Assembly (NCBI RefSeq): GCF_000189295.2
Contig: NC_016803.1
Location: forward strand, 2,790,001 to 2,822,000
Direction of reading: 5' to 3'
Source of the DNA: Pseudodesulfovibrio mercurii
GTDB lineage: Bacteria; Desulfobacterota; Desulfovibrionia; Desulfovibrionales; Desulfovibrionaceae
Length of the DNA: 32,000 bases
The position numbers and the translations under genes were made by a program. Below, in pieces: positions 19,931 through 26,998 of this stretch. The notes beneath the pieces were generated by a model, which was not told where the DNA came from, made no database searches, and saw only the letters and a program-made list of their open reading frames with translations. The number at the start of each line of letters is the position of its first letter. The stretch's first letter is position 1.

Positions 19931-21949
19931 ATGGGATGGAAGGATTGTAAACTCTGCTACAAATTCGGCTTCGGCTTCGGCTCGGTGCTGCTGTTGCTGC
20001 TGGTGCTGGGCGGCTGGTCGCTGTTCGGCATCAGCGGCATCGTGGACAACGCGCGCGAGGTGATAACCGGCAACAAGCTGCGCGGCAATTTCACGCAAAA
20101 GGTGGTGGACCACCTGAAGTGGTCGGAGAAGGTCAACGAGCTGCTGGCCGATTCCCACGTGCACGAGCTGCACGTGCAGACCGACCCGCACCAGTGCGCC
20201 TTCGGCAAGTGGTTCTACAGCGACGCCCGGACCGAGGCGGAAAAGCTGGTGCCGGGGCTGAAGCCGCTCATGGCAGAGATCGAGGGGTTCCACAACAAAC
20301 TGCACGAATCCGCGGTGGAGATCGCCAAGCTGTACGCCCCGGCGGACGTGGAGCTCGGGGCGTTCCTGCGGGACAAGAAGCTCGACCACCTGCGCTGGAT
20401 GGGCCGGGTCAAGGACGCGCTCATCGATCCGCAGGCCACGGGCACGGGGGTGCAGACCGACCCGCACCAGTGCGCCTTCGGCAAGTGGCTGTATTCCGAC
20501 GACACGGTCCGGCGCATGAAGGAGGACCCGGCCTTCGGGGCGCTGGTCCAGAAGATTTTCGAGCCGCACCGCTCCCTGCACGAGTCCGCCGCCGAGATCG
20601 ACAAGGAGCTGGCCTCGGACAACCGGGCCGGCGCCCGTGAGTGGTACCGGGACATCACCGGGCCGCTGGGCGAGGAGACCCTGGCGGCCATCGACGGGGT
20701 GCTCGGCCTGAACGACGCCCGGATCGAGGGCTACGAGGCGGCCAAGGCAGTCTATACCGGGACCACGGTTCCGGCCCTGAATAAGGTCCAGGAACTGCTC
20801 AACAAGAGCATGGACCTCATCGCCGCGAACATCATGACCGACCAGGAGATGCTGACCAAGGCGGCCTCCACCCGCATGGGCGTGATGGTCTTCGGCCTCG
20901 TGTCCGTCCTGGTGGGCGTGCTCCTGGCCTGGATCATCGCCAGGGGCATCGTGGTCCCGCTGCGCAAGGGCATGGACTTCGCGAAGACCGTGTCCACCGG
21001 CGACCTGACCGCCACGGTGGACCTGGACCAGAAGGACGAGGTGGGCCAGCTGGCCGATGCCCTGAGCGGCATGGCGGACCAGCTGAACCGGGTGGTGGCC
21101 GACGTCAACTCGGCCACGGACAGCGTGTCGTCGGGCAGCGAGGAGCTGTCGGCCTCGGCCCAGTCCCTGTCCCAGTCCGTGGTGGAGCAGTCCTCGTCCA
21201 TCGAGCAGATTTCCGCGTCCATGGAGGAGATGAGCGCCGGGGTGCGGGCCAATGCCCGCTCGGCCCAGGAGACCGAGACCATCGCCTCCAAGGCCGCCGA
21301 GGGGGCCCGCGAGAGCGGGGTGGCCGTGGAAGAGGCCCTGGACGCGCTCAAATCCATCGCCGAGCGGATCACCATCATCCAGGAGATCGCCCGGCAGACC
21401 AACCTGCTGGCGCTCAACGCGGCCATCGAGGCGGCCCGCGCCGGGGAACACGGCAAGGGGTTCGCTGTGGTGGCCGCCGAGGTGCGCAAGCTGGCCGAGC
21501 GCAGCGGCAAGGCGGCCGAGGAGATCGGCGGCCTGTCCACGGCCTCCATGGGCGTGGCCGACCGGGCGGGGCGCATGCTCGACGAACTGGTCCCGCAGAT
21601 CGGGCGCACGGCCGAACTGGTCCGGGAGATCGCCGCCAGCTCCCTGGAACAGGACAAGGGCGTGACCGAGATCGGCGCGGCCATCACCCAGCTGGACGAT
21701 GTGGTCCAGGGCAATGCCTCGGCCTCCGAGGAGATGGCCTCCACGGCCGAGGAGCTGTCGGCCCAGGCCCAGATGCTGGCCGACGCCATGACCTTCTTCA
21801 AGGTCGCGTCCGGCGGCGGCAGGACCACGGTGTCCGTGCGCCGCGCCGCGCGCGGCTCCCTCCCGGCCGCTGGCCCCGGACAGGGCCGGTCCGTGGCCGG
21901 CGGCGTGGACCTGAACATGGAGCCGGGCGGAGAGTTCGACAGGCTGTAG
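19931..21949 (+). CDS. methyl-accepting chemotaxis protein with tandem CZB-like modules between TM1 and TM2
   Basis: ATG 19931 is preceded by GGGAGG (6-nt spacer). TM1 [21 protein letters not shown], two H..W...C.FGKW...H..LH modules, TM2 [26 protein letters not shown], then the MCP signalling core [41 protein letters not shown]. Confidence 0.85.
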   Translation: MGWKDCKLCYKFGFGFGSVLLLLLVLGGWSLFGISGIVDNAREVITGNKLRGNFTQKVVDHLKWSEKVNELLADSHVHELHVQTDPHQCAFGKWFYSDARTEAEKLVPGLKPLMAEIEGFHNKLHESAVEIAKLYAPADVELGAFLRDKKLDHLRWMGRVKDALIDPQATGTGVQTDPHQCAFGKWLYSDDTVRRMKEDPAFGALVQKIFEPHRSLHESAAEIDKELASDNRAGAREWYRDITGPLGEETLAAIDGVLGLNDARIEGYEAAKAVYTGTTVPALNKVQELLNKSMDLIAANIMTDQEMLTKAASTRMGVMVFGLVSVLVGVLLAWIIARGIVVPLRKGMDFAKTVSTGDLTATVDLDQKDEVGQLADALSGMADQLNRVVADVNSATDSVSSGSEELSASAQSLSQSVVEQSSSIEQISASMEEMSAGVRANARSAQETETIASKAAEGARESGVAVEEALDALKSIAERITIIQEIARQTNLLALNAAIEAARAGEHGKGFAVVAAEVRKLAERSGKAAEEIGGLSTASMGVADRAGRMLDELVPQIGRTAELVREIAASSLEQDKGVTEIGAAITQLDDVVQGNASASEEMASTAEELSAQAQMLADAMTFFKVASGGGRTTVSVRRAARGSLPAAGPGQGRSVAGGVDLNMEPGGEFDRL

Positions 21950-21967
21950 GCCCGCCCCGCCGGGGAA

Positions 21968-21995
21968 CCCGGAGGGACCGCGCGGTCCCTCCGGG
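21968..21995. terminator. GC-rich perfect palindrome between convergent genes (possible bidirectional terminator, no U-tract)
   Basis: CCCGGAGGGACCG-CG-CGGTCCCTCCGGG, 13-bp arms. It lies 19 nt after the MCP stop and 11 nt after the stop of the minus-strand ORF. The lack of a T-run lowers confidence. Confidence 0.35.
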
Positions 21996-22005
21996 CCGGA
22001 CCGGG

Positions 22006-22380
22006 CTATCTGCCGGTCCCCCGGAAGAACAACCGCTGCATCTCGATGGTCCACAACCCCCCGGGCAGGCGGCAGCGGTCGGCGAAGACGTCGAAGGCCC
22101 GCCGGGTCTTCCCGGACATGGCGGACATGACCGGGATGTCGCGGGGCGGCCTGCCCGGCTGCTCCACCGGGACCATGCGGATGGGCACCGCGAAGAAATG
22201 GCCGATGATCTGCGCGTCCATGGGGGAGGTCCTGGACCCGCTGTCCGAATGGCCGCCCGCGTCGCCGCCTCCGTCGCAGGACAGGCCCGGCGCGGCGGAA
22301 AACAGGACCGCGATGAACAACGCCAAACCGGGACCGATCCCCGTCCATCCCCGAGGCGTGCTGCCGAGGGTCATCTCCAT
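22006..22380 (-). CDS. small hypothetical exported-looking protein (124 aa)
   Basis: ATG 22380 (MEMTLGSTPRGW...) with AGGAGA 4 nt upstream. Hydrophobic N-terminus GPGLALFIAVLFSAAPGLSC (non-canonical lipobox). GC3-rich. The track start at 22623 runs through a terminator and into the upstream gene. No family recognised. Confidence 0.45.
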   Translation of the reverse strand: MEMTLGSTPRGWTGIGPGLALFIAVLFSAAPGLSCDGGGDAGGHSDSGSRTSPMDAQIIGHFFAVPIRMVPVEQPGRPPRDIPVMSAMSGKTRRAFDVFADRCRLPGGLWTIEMQRLFFRGTGR

Positions 22381-22484
22381 CCATCTCCTGTCGCTTGGGA
22401 CACGCATTGCCTCACTGTTCATCACGGCTCGGGAGAGTGGAAGGTGACAGGGGGAAACAGGCGTGAATCGACCGCTTCGCCGCG

Positions 22485-22528
22485 AAAAAGGGCGGAGGGC
22501 CCCGGGAGTGTTCGGGGTCCCTCCGCCC
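22485..22528 (-). terminator. strong intrinsic terminator closing the exported-protein operon
   Basis: GGGCGGAGGG...CCCTCCGCCC (10 bp perfect, 22490-22499 / 22519-22528) plus inner CCCCG/CGGGG pairing. Followed on the minus strand by U5 (22485-22489). It lies 42 nt after the stop at 22571. Confidence 0.75.
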
Positions 22529-22570
22529 GGAGGGGAAGGGGGATGGCCCCCCTTCGCCGGGGGGGCGTGT

Positions 22571-23422
22571 CTAGTTACCGAAGGCCGCGATCTGGTAGAC
22601 CCCGATGGTGCGGGGCTTGGCACGGCCCGGTTCGGCCTTGAAGGAGACCTTGGCGTAGAGCTTTCTGCTGCCGTTGGGGGCCAGGTTGCCGACCAGCACG
22701 GCCACGGGCCAGCGTCCCTCCAGGAGGGAGGACCCGGACCCGACGCTGTGGCCGCCCGAACCCGTGGCCTTGGCCGAGACCGCGATGGTCAGCTCCGCGC
22801 CGGGACCGACCCGGTCGCGGCCCAGGGCGACGATGGCGTAGTCCCCCGGTCCGGCCTCGGTCAGCTGGGACAGGGTCAGCCCCTTCCGGGACAGGACGCG
22901 GACCAGCTGCGCATAGGTCATGGGTCCCTTGGGCAGGTCCCCGGCCCGGAGCACGGTGACGTCCACGCGCGGATCGGCGCAGTAGATCGGCTCCATGCGC
23001 AGGGAGGTCAGCCGGAGGGCCGCCCCGTCCGGCGCGTATTCGGCCCGGTAGAGATAGCCAGTCCGGCGGCCCAGGGGATCGGTCAGCTCGACCTCGCCCA
23101 TGGACAGGCCGGGCGCGCCGCCTCGCGGGGGTCTAGCCGCGTAGAGTTTGGCTTCGGTGAACTCGAAGCCCTGGAGGCCGAGGTCCGGTTCGGACAGCCC
23201 GGCGGCCCCTGGGTCGAAGCGCACCTGGCCGTAGGCGCCCAGCGCCGGAGTGGCGCCCTGCACGGCCACGGCCGTGGCGATGGCCGCGTCGGTTTCGGGC
23301 ATGGCCGCGTAGGTCGGCGCCATGGGCTCCATGGAGAGTCCGGAACGGGGCATTGAGGAGACGCAGCCGCCCAGCAGCAGGGCGACGGCGATCACGGTCA
23401 GCAGTCTCAGAATCTTGTTCAT
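22571..23422 (-). CDS. hypothetical lipoprotein, paralogue of the upstream gene
   Basis: Lipoprotein signal MNKILRLLTVIAVALLLGGC. AAGGGAGAA lies upstream of ATG 23422; strongly GC3-biased. Shares DPLGR(R/K)..YLY...Y and (A/P)GDY..V blocks with the 23450-24376 product. No family recognised. Confidence 0.72.
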   Translation of the reverse strand: MNKILRLLTVIAVALLLGGCVSSMPRSGLSMEPMAPTYAAMPETDAAIATAVAVQGATPALGAYGQVRFDPGAAGLSEPDLGLQGFEFTEAKLYAARPPRGGAPGLSMGEVELTDPLGRRTGYLYRAEYAPDGAALRLTSLRMEPIYCADPRVDVTVLRAGDLPKGPMTYAQLVRVLSRKGLTLSQLTEAGPGDYAIVALGRDRVGPGAELTIAVSAKATGSGGHSVGSGSSLLEGRWPVAVLVGNLAPNGSRKLYAKVSFKAEPGRAKPRTIGVYQIAAFGN

Positions 23423-23449
23423 GTGCTTTTCTCCCTTGTTCCCGACACC

Positions 23450-24376
23450 CTACGGGGTCATGTTGGCCAGGGTCCTGGCCCTGTATTCCCGGAGCAGGTT
23501 GGCCGTCCGCTCGGTTCCCTCGACTTCGGCCACGGGCCCGCCCGGAGACGGGACGTGGCGGCTGACGATGCCGCCGATGGGATATATCTTGCCGTGGAAG
23601 GGCGACCGTTCGCCCGGTCCGTAGTAGACGGCGAAGACCTCGTCCGGCGCGGCGTTCAGGGCCAGGGTCGCGTCGATGGCGGCCACGTGCCAGTCGCCGC
23701 GCGACCAGGATTGGCCCATTTGCCCGTTGTGGGTCACGGTCCAGGCCGGGTTGCCCCGGAGCCGGTGCATGCAGAAGACCAGGACGTGATAGTCCCCGGC
23801 GGGCGAGGGCTGCGCGCCCCGGGCCACGGGTTCGCCGTGCTCCCGGGCGTAGGCCAGGAGGTCGGCCGTGGGCATGGCCTTCATCTTCTTCAGGGTGATC
23901 CCGTCCGCCGGGACGAAGTACCCTTCCGGGACGGGCCTGACGGGTTCGCAGGTCTTGATGCCGACCTTGCGCACCCGGTAGTTGTGGTTGCCCAGGTCCT
24001 CGTAGTCGATGGTATAGAGGTAGACGGCCTTGCGGCCCAGCGGATCGGCGTAGGACAGGGACCCGGTCATGCGCGAGCCGTCGTCGGTCCGGACGGCCGC
24101 CCCGGTCATGCGGGCCTTGTTGGCGGTCAGGAACCCGCTGGGCTTGATCGGGCCGGCGAAACGCACCGAGGCGTTGGTGAACCGGTATTCCTCGCCCGAG
24201 AAGCTCTTGCCCAGGGCCTCGGAGATGAGCACGGTCCTGACGAGCTGCTCGTCGCCCGCGCCGTCGGCCGAGGCCGGGACGGCCGGGAGAAGGACCAGAC
24301 AGAGCAGCAGGAGCGCTCCGGCCGGAAGGAGACTTGCCGCGTTGTGACGCAGAGCGCCGCTATTCCTTTCTTTCAC
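23450..24376 (-). CDS. hypothetical secreted protein, paralogue of the downstream lipoprotein
   Basis: Start re-set to GTG 24376, 6 nt after a perfect AGGAGG (24383-24388). This gives (M)KERNSGALRHNAASLLPAGALLLLCLVLLPAVPASA/DG, a classic Sec signal peptide. It overlaps the 3' end of the upstream gene by 17 nt. The track start at 24421 lacks an SD. Confidence 0.68.
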   Translation of the reverse strand: MKERNSGALRHNAASLLPAGALLLLCLVLLPAVPASADGAGDEQLVRTVLISEALGKSFSGEEYRFTNASVRFAGPIKPSGFLTANKARMTGAAVRTDDGSRMTGSLSYADPLGRKAVYLYTIDYEDLGNHNYRVRKVGIKTCEPVRPVPEGYFVPADGITLKKMKAMPTADLLAYAREHGEPVARGAQPSPAGDYHVLVFCMHRLRGNPAWTVTHNGQMGQSWSRGDWHVAAIDATLALNAAPDEVFAVYYGPGERSPFHGKIYPIGGIVSRHVPSPGGPVAEVEGTERTANLLREYRARTLANMTP

Positions 24377-25310
24377 TGTCGTCCTCCTGCATGGCGTCCT
24401 TGACTTCCTCGTAGGCCGCATCCACGCCGCCCTGGATCAGGGCCCCGGCCACGGGGCCGAGTTCGCCGGGTATCATGGACCCGACCACCGTGCCCCCCAC
24501 GCCTGTGGCCACGCCCCGCGTGCCGCCGGTGACGTAGTTGTATCCCACGCTGGCGATGTGCCCGGCGATGACCCCGGGCGTGCCGTAGGTCGCCAGGCCC
24601 ATGGTGCCCACGTTCACCGCCACGTCCTGGGTGAACTGCCCCATGACCTCCTCGCCGCGCTGCTGGGCCACCTCCTGGCGGATCGTCTGGATCTGGCCGA
24701 CGAGCTCGTCGCGCATCTCCTGGTATTCCTCCTCGGGGATCAGGCTCTGGAAGTCGTCCAGGTGATGGATTTGGGTCCGGATGTCGATGTATTGCTCCTG
24801 GAGCTCCATGGTCGGGAATTCGTGGACGAAGGCCGCGATGTTTTGGGGAGAGCGGTCCGCCAGCTGCTCCAGGATGTGCTGCTGGCGTATGTCCTGGGCC
24901 TCCCGCTCGGCGGCGATCTCCTGTTCGGTCATGGTCTGGGAGGCGGCGGCCTCCTCCTGGCGCATGATCTCCATGCCCTCCTCGTCGTACAGGTCCATGA
25001 ACTGTTCGTGGGCGGCCTGTTCCTCCAGGGCCTCCTGTTCGGCCGCCGCCTGCTCCGCATCCACCTCGGCCCAGTCGCTGGAGATGGTCACCCCCGAGAG
25101 CGTGCCCTCGGTCAGGGCGCCCTCGAAGGACGCCGGGGTGTAGCCCGTGGGCGGAGTCGAGGATTCGCTGGCGCCGCCGCCCGTCAGACCCTTGACGTCG
25201 CCCCCGCCGCCGTAGCCGGAAGCGGTCCGGGCCGGGAGCAGGAGCAGGAGCGACAGGGCCAGGACCGGGGCCCATTGCCGCAGGTGTCCGTTCAAGCCGT
25301 CGTCTTTCAT
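24360..25310 (-). CDS. hypothetical secreted protein: signal peptide, Glu/Gln-rich helical region, Gly-rich hydrophobic C-terminal segment
   Basis: AAGGGAGG lies 6 nt upstream of ATG 25310. Signal peptide WAPVLALSLLLLLPARTASG. Central AEQAAAEQEALEEQAAHEQ...QEEAAASQ... region. C-terminal GTMGLATYGTPGVIAGHIASVGYNYVTGGTRGVATGVGGTVVGSMIPGELGPVAGALIQGG, glycine-zipper-like. Confidence 0.72.
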   Translation of the reverse strand: MKDDGLNGHLRQWAPVLALSLLLLLPARTASGYGGGGDVKGLTGGGASESSTPPTGYTPASFEGALTEGTLSGVTISSDWAEVDAEQAAAEQEALEEQAAHEQFMDLYDEEGMEIMRQEEAAASQTMTEQEIAAEREAQDIRQQHILEQLADRSPQNIAAFVHEFPTMELQEQYIDIRTQIHHLDDFQSLIPEEEYQEMRDELVGQIQTIRQEVAQQRGEEVMGQFTQDVAVNVGTMGLATYGTPGVIAGHIASVGYNYVTGGTRGVATGVGGTVVGSMIPGELGPVAGALIQGGVDAAYEEVKDAMQEDDSERKE

Positions 25311-25385
25311 CGAAAACCTCCCTTGATGGTGTGCGCGGCACTCCGCCGCACCCTGAAACTAACCACAGGGGGCGGAGCGGAACAA

Positions 25386-25405
25386 GGGTGAAATTGGGGT
25401 GATTT
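25386..25405. promoter_or_regulatory. tandem direct repeat GGGTGAAATT / GGGGTGATTT upstream of the exported-protein operon (candidate regulator site)
   Basis: Two adjacent 10-nt units of core GGGTGAWWT, 76-95 nt upstream of ATG 25310 and 35 nt downstream of the LuxR-type gene stop. The binding protein is not established. Confidence 0.3.
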
Positions 25406-25439
25406 GACGATGATTACTGGATATTTTGGCTGTCGGGGG

Positions 25440-26840
25440 TCAATTGGGCAGCCGGGTGGGCGGGAACTGCTGCTGGAGCTCGGCCCGGTCGCGTAGGCCG
25501 AGCTTGGCGAAGATCCTGCGGTTGTGGGTCTTCACCGTGTTGATGGAGATGTGCAGGCTGTCGCAGATGTCCTTGTTGGCGCAGCCGTCGCGCAGGAGCA
25601 GGAAGACGTCCATCTCGCGGGGGGAGAGCTTCTCGCGGATCATGCCCAGCCGCAGCTCCTCGGCCGAGGGTCCCTGGTCCTCCTCCAGGAATTGCTGGTT
25701 GACCAGGATGGGGGCCAGCCGCCTGTTGACCGCGCCGATGAGGACCATGTTCGCCAGGATGGCGATGAGCCCCCACTGGGCCATGTCGAAGGGGAGCATG
25801 CCGCCCGAGGCCAGCAGGTTGGTCAGCTGGCCGCCGGTCAGGGAGCCGAGGATGGTGGCCGCCAGGATGGACCCCACCAGGGTGGCCGGGTTCTTCACCG
25901 AGTCGAGGTCCGTGGTGAAGATGGACCACCAGAAGTAGTCGAACAGTCCGGCCGCGAAGAGCATGCCGGTGATGACCGCCAGGAAGGAGGGCACGGACTG
26001 GTCCAGGTTGGTCAGCAGGATGAGGGACAGGCCCCACAGGGCCAGCCCGGCGTACAGGGTCTGGAGGCGCTTGAAGCCGGGGAAGGCGGCGCAGACCAGG
26101 ACCGCGGCCACGTAGGGCGCGTTGGTGTACAGGCTGGACAGGACCAGGTGCCGGGCGAACAGGGGGTAGACCGCCTGGAACATGAAGCCCGCGTTCATGG
26201 TGATCAGGAAGATGGACAGGTACAGGACCAGGAAGTGGCGCAGGACGTAGCCCGGCGCGTCCAGCTCGGGCGGGCAGGCCGTGCGTGCGGGCACGCGCAG
26301 GCGGGAAAGGAGCAGGCAGTATCCGGCCAGGGCCGAGATCGCCAGGGCGAACCCCCAGTGCGGGGCGACCAGGGCGGTCAGGGCGTGGGCCGGGGTCAGG
26401 ACCAGGCAGGCCAGGGTCATGGCCAGGGGCGCGATGAGGGGCCGGCCCGGCCTGGGCACCGCGCTCTTGAGCAGGTGGCCCCAGGCCGCCATGGACGCCC
26501 CGGCCAGCAGGGAGAGCAGGGGGAAGAGCCCGTACAGGTACGGGCCGGGCAGGACCGGCAGCAGCAGGGTCCCGGCGAAGCAGGCGGCCGCCGCGCCCAA
26601 AAGGAGCCTGCGGCACGCCTCGGGCGAGGCCACGGCCACGGGGATGGCCGCCAGGAGCCCCACGGCGAGCAGGAGCAGGTTGGCCGCGTCGATGACCCCG
26701 CCGTCCACGCCCTTGCCCAGGGCCAGGGAATAGAGCAGCGGCCCCTCGTAGAGCAGGGAGACCACCCAGCCCACGAGCAGCCCGAAGGCGAGCACGGCCG
26801 TCAGACCGTTGGCGTCCAGTTTGTTCCGGCAGCAGGCCAT
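25440..26840 (-). CDS. polytopic membrane protein fused to a C-terminal LuxR/GerE-type HTH (membrane-embedded transcription regulator)
   Basis: About 10-12 hydrophobic helices, then LSPREMDVFLLLRDGCANKDICDSLHISINTVKTHNRRIFAKLGL (GerE HTH). Start set at ATG 26840 (AGGGG 4 nt upstream). The in-frame extension to 26900/27017 has poor GC3 (att, cga, cgt, gtt, ctt, agt, cta). Confidence 0.78.
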   Translation of the reverse strand: MACCRNKLDANGLTAVLAFGLLVGWVVSLLYEGPLLYSLALGKGVDGGVIDAANLLLLAVGLLAAIPVAVASPEACRRLLLGAAAACFAGTLLLPVLPGPYLYGLFPLLSLLAGASMAAWGHLLKSAVPRPGRPLIAPLAMTLACLVLTPAHALTALVAPHWGFALAISALAGYCLLLSRLRVPARTACPPELDAPGYVLRHFLVLYLSIFLITMNAGFMFQAVYPLFARHLVLSSLYTNAPYVAAVLVCAAFPGFKRLQTLYAGLALWGLSLILLTNLDQSVPSFLAVITGMLFAAGLFDYFWWSIFTTDLDSVKNPATLVGSILAATILGSLTGGQLTNLLASGGMLPFDMAQWGLIAILANMVLIGAVNRRLAPILVNQQFLEEDQGPSAEELRLGMIREKLSPREMDVFLLLRDGCANKDICDSLHISINTVKTHNRRIFAKLGLRDRAELQQQFPPTRLPN

Positions 26841-26998
26841 GAGCCCCTGTAGCACACTAAGCGCCCGCAGCCAAACCCCCGCACGTCGCGCAATCGCCAT
26901 CCGGTTATCATTGTCTCGGACGCGGCAATTGGGTACAACCGATGGGAATAAAAAGACCGACCGCGCCGAGCGGCGGCCAGGGAGACCACGGGAGCCGC

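Noticed and set aside
18530-22384. 1284-aa minus-strand ORF spanning the cooS 3' end, the repeat element, cooC and the whole chemoreceptor gene.
   Set aside because: It crosses two well-supported plus-strand genes, an intergenic repeat and an AT-rich promoter region. The translation has no recognisable domains. It is a shadow ORF.
22046-22447. Plus-strand ORF (133 aa) as an alternative to the minus-strand small ORF at 22006-22380. The same question applies to plus-strand ORFs 22463..23356, 23423..24403 and 24558..25391, opposite the exported-protein genes.
   Set aside because: The minus-strand frames have SD sequences, signal peptides or lipoboxes, strong GC3 bias, operon spacing and a matching terminator. 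The plus-strand frames have none of these. The small ORF at 22006-22380 still remains only moderately supported.
22618-22633. Sigma-54-like TGGCAC motif (TGGCACGGCCCGGTTC), plus TGGCAT-type look-alikes at about 13055 and 19895.
   Set aside because: None has the TTGC(A/T) element at the required 5-nt spacing. The first lies inside a coding region.
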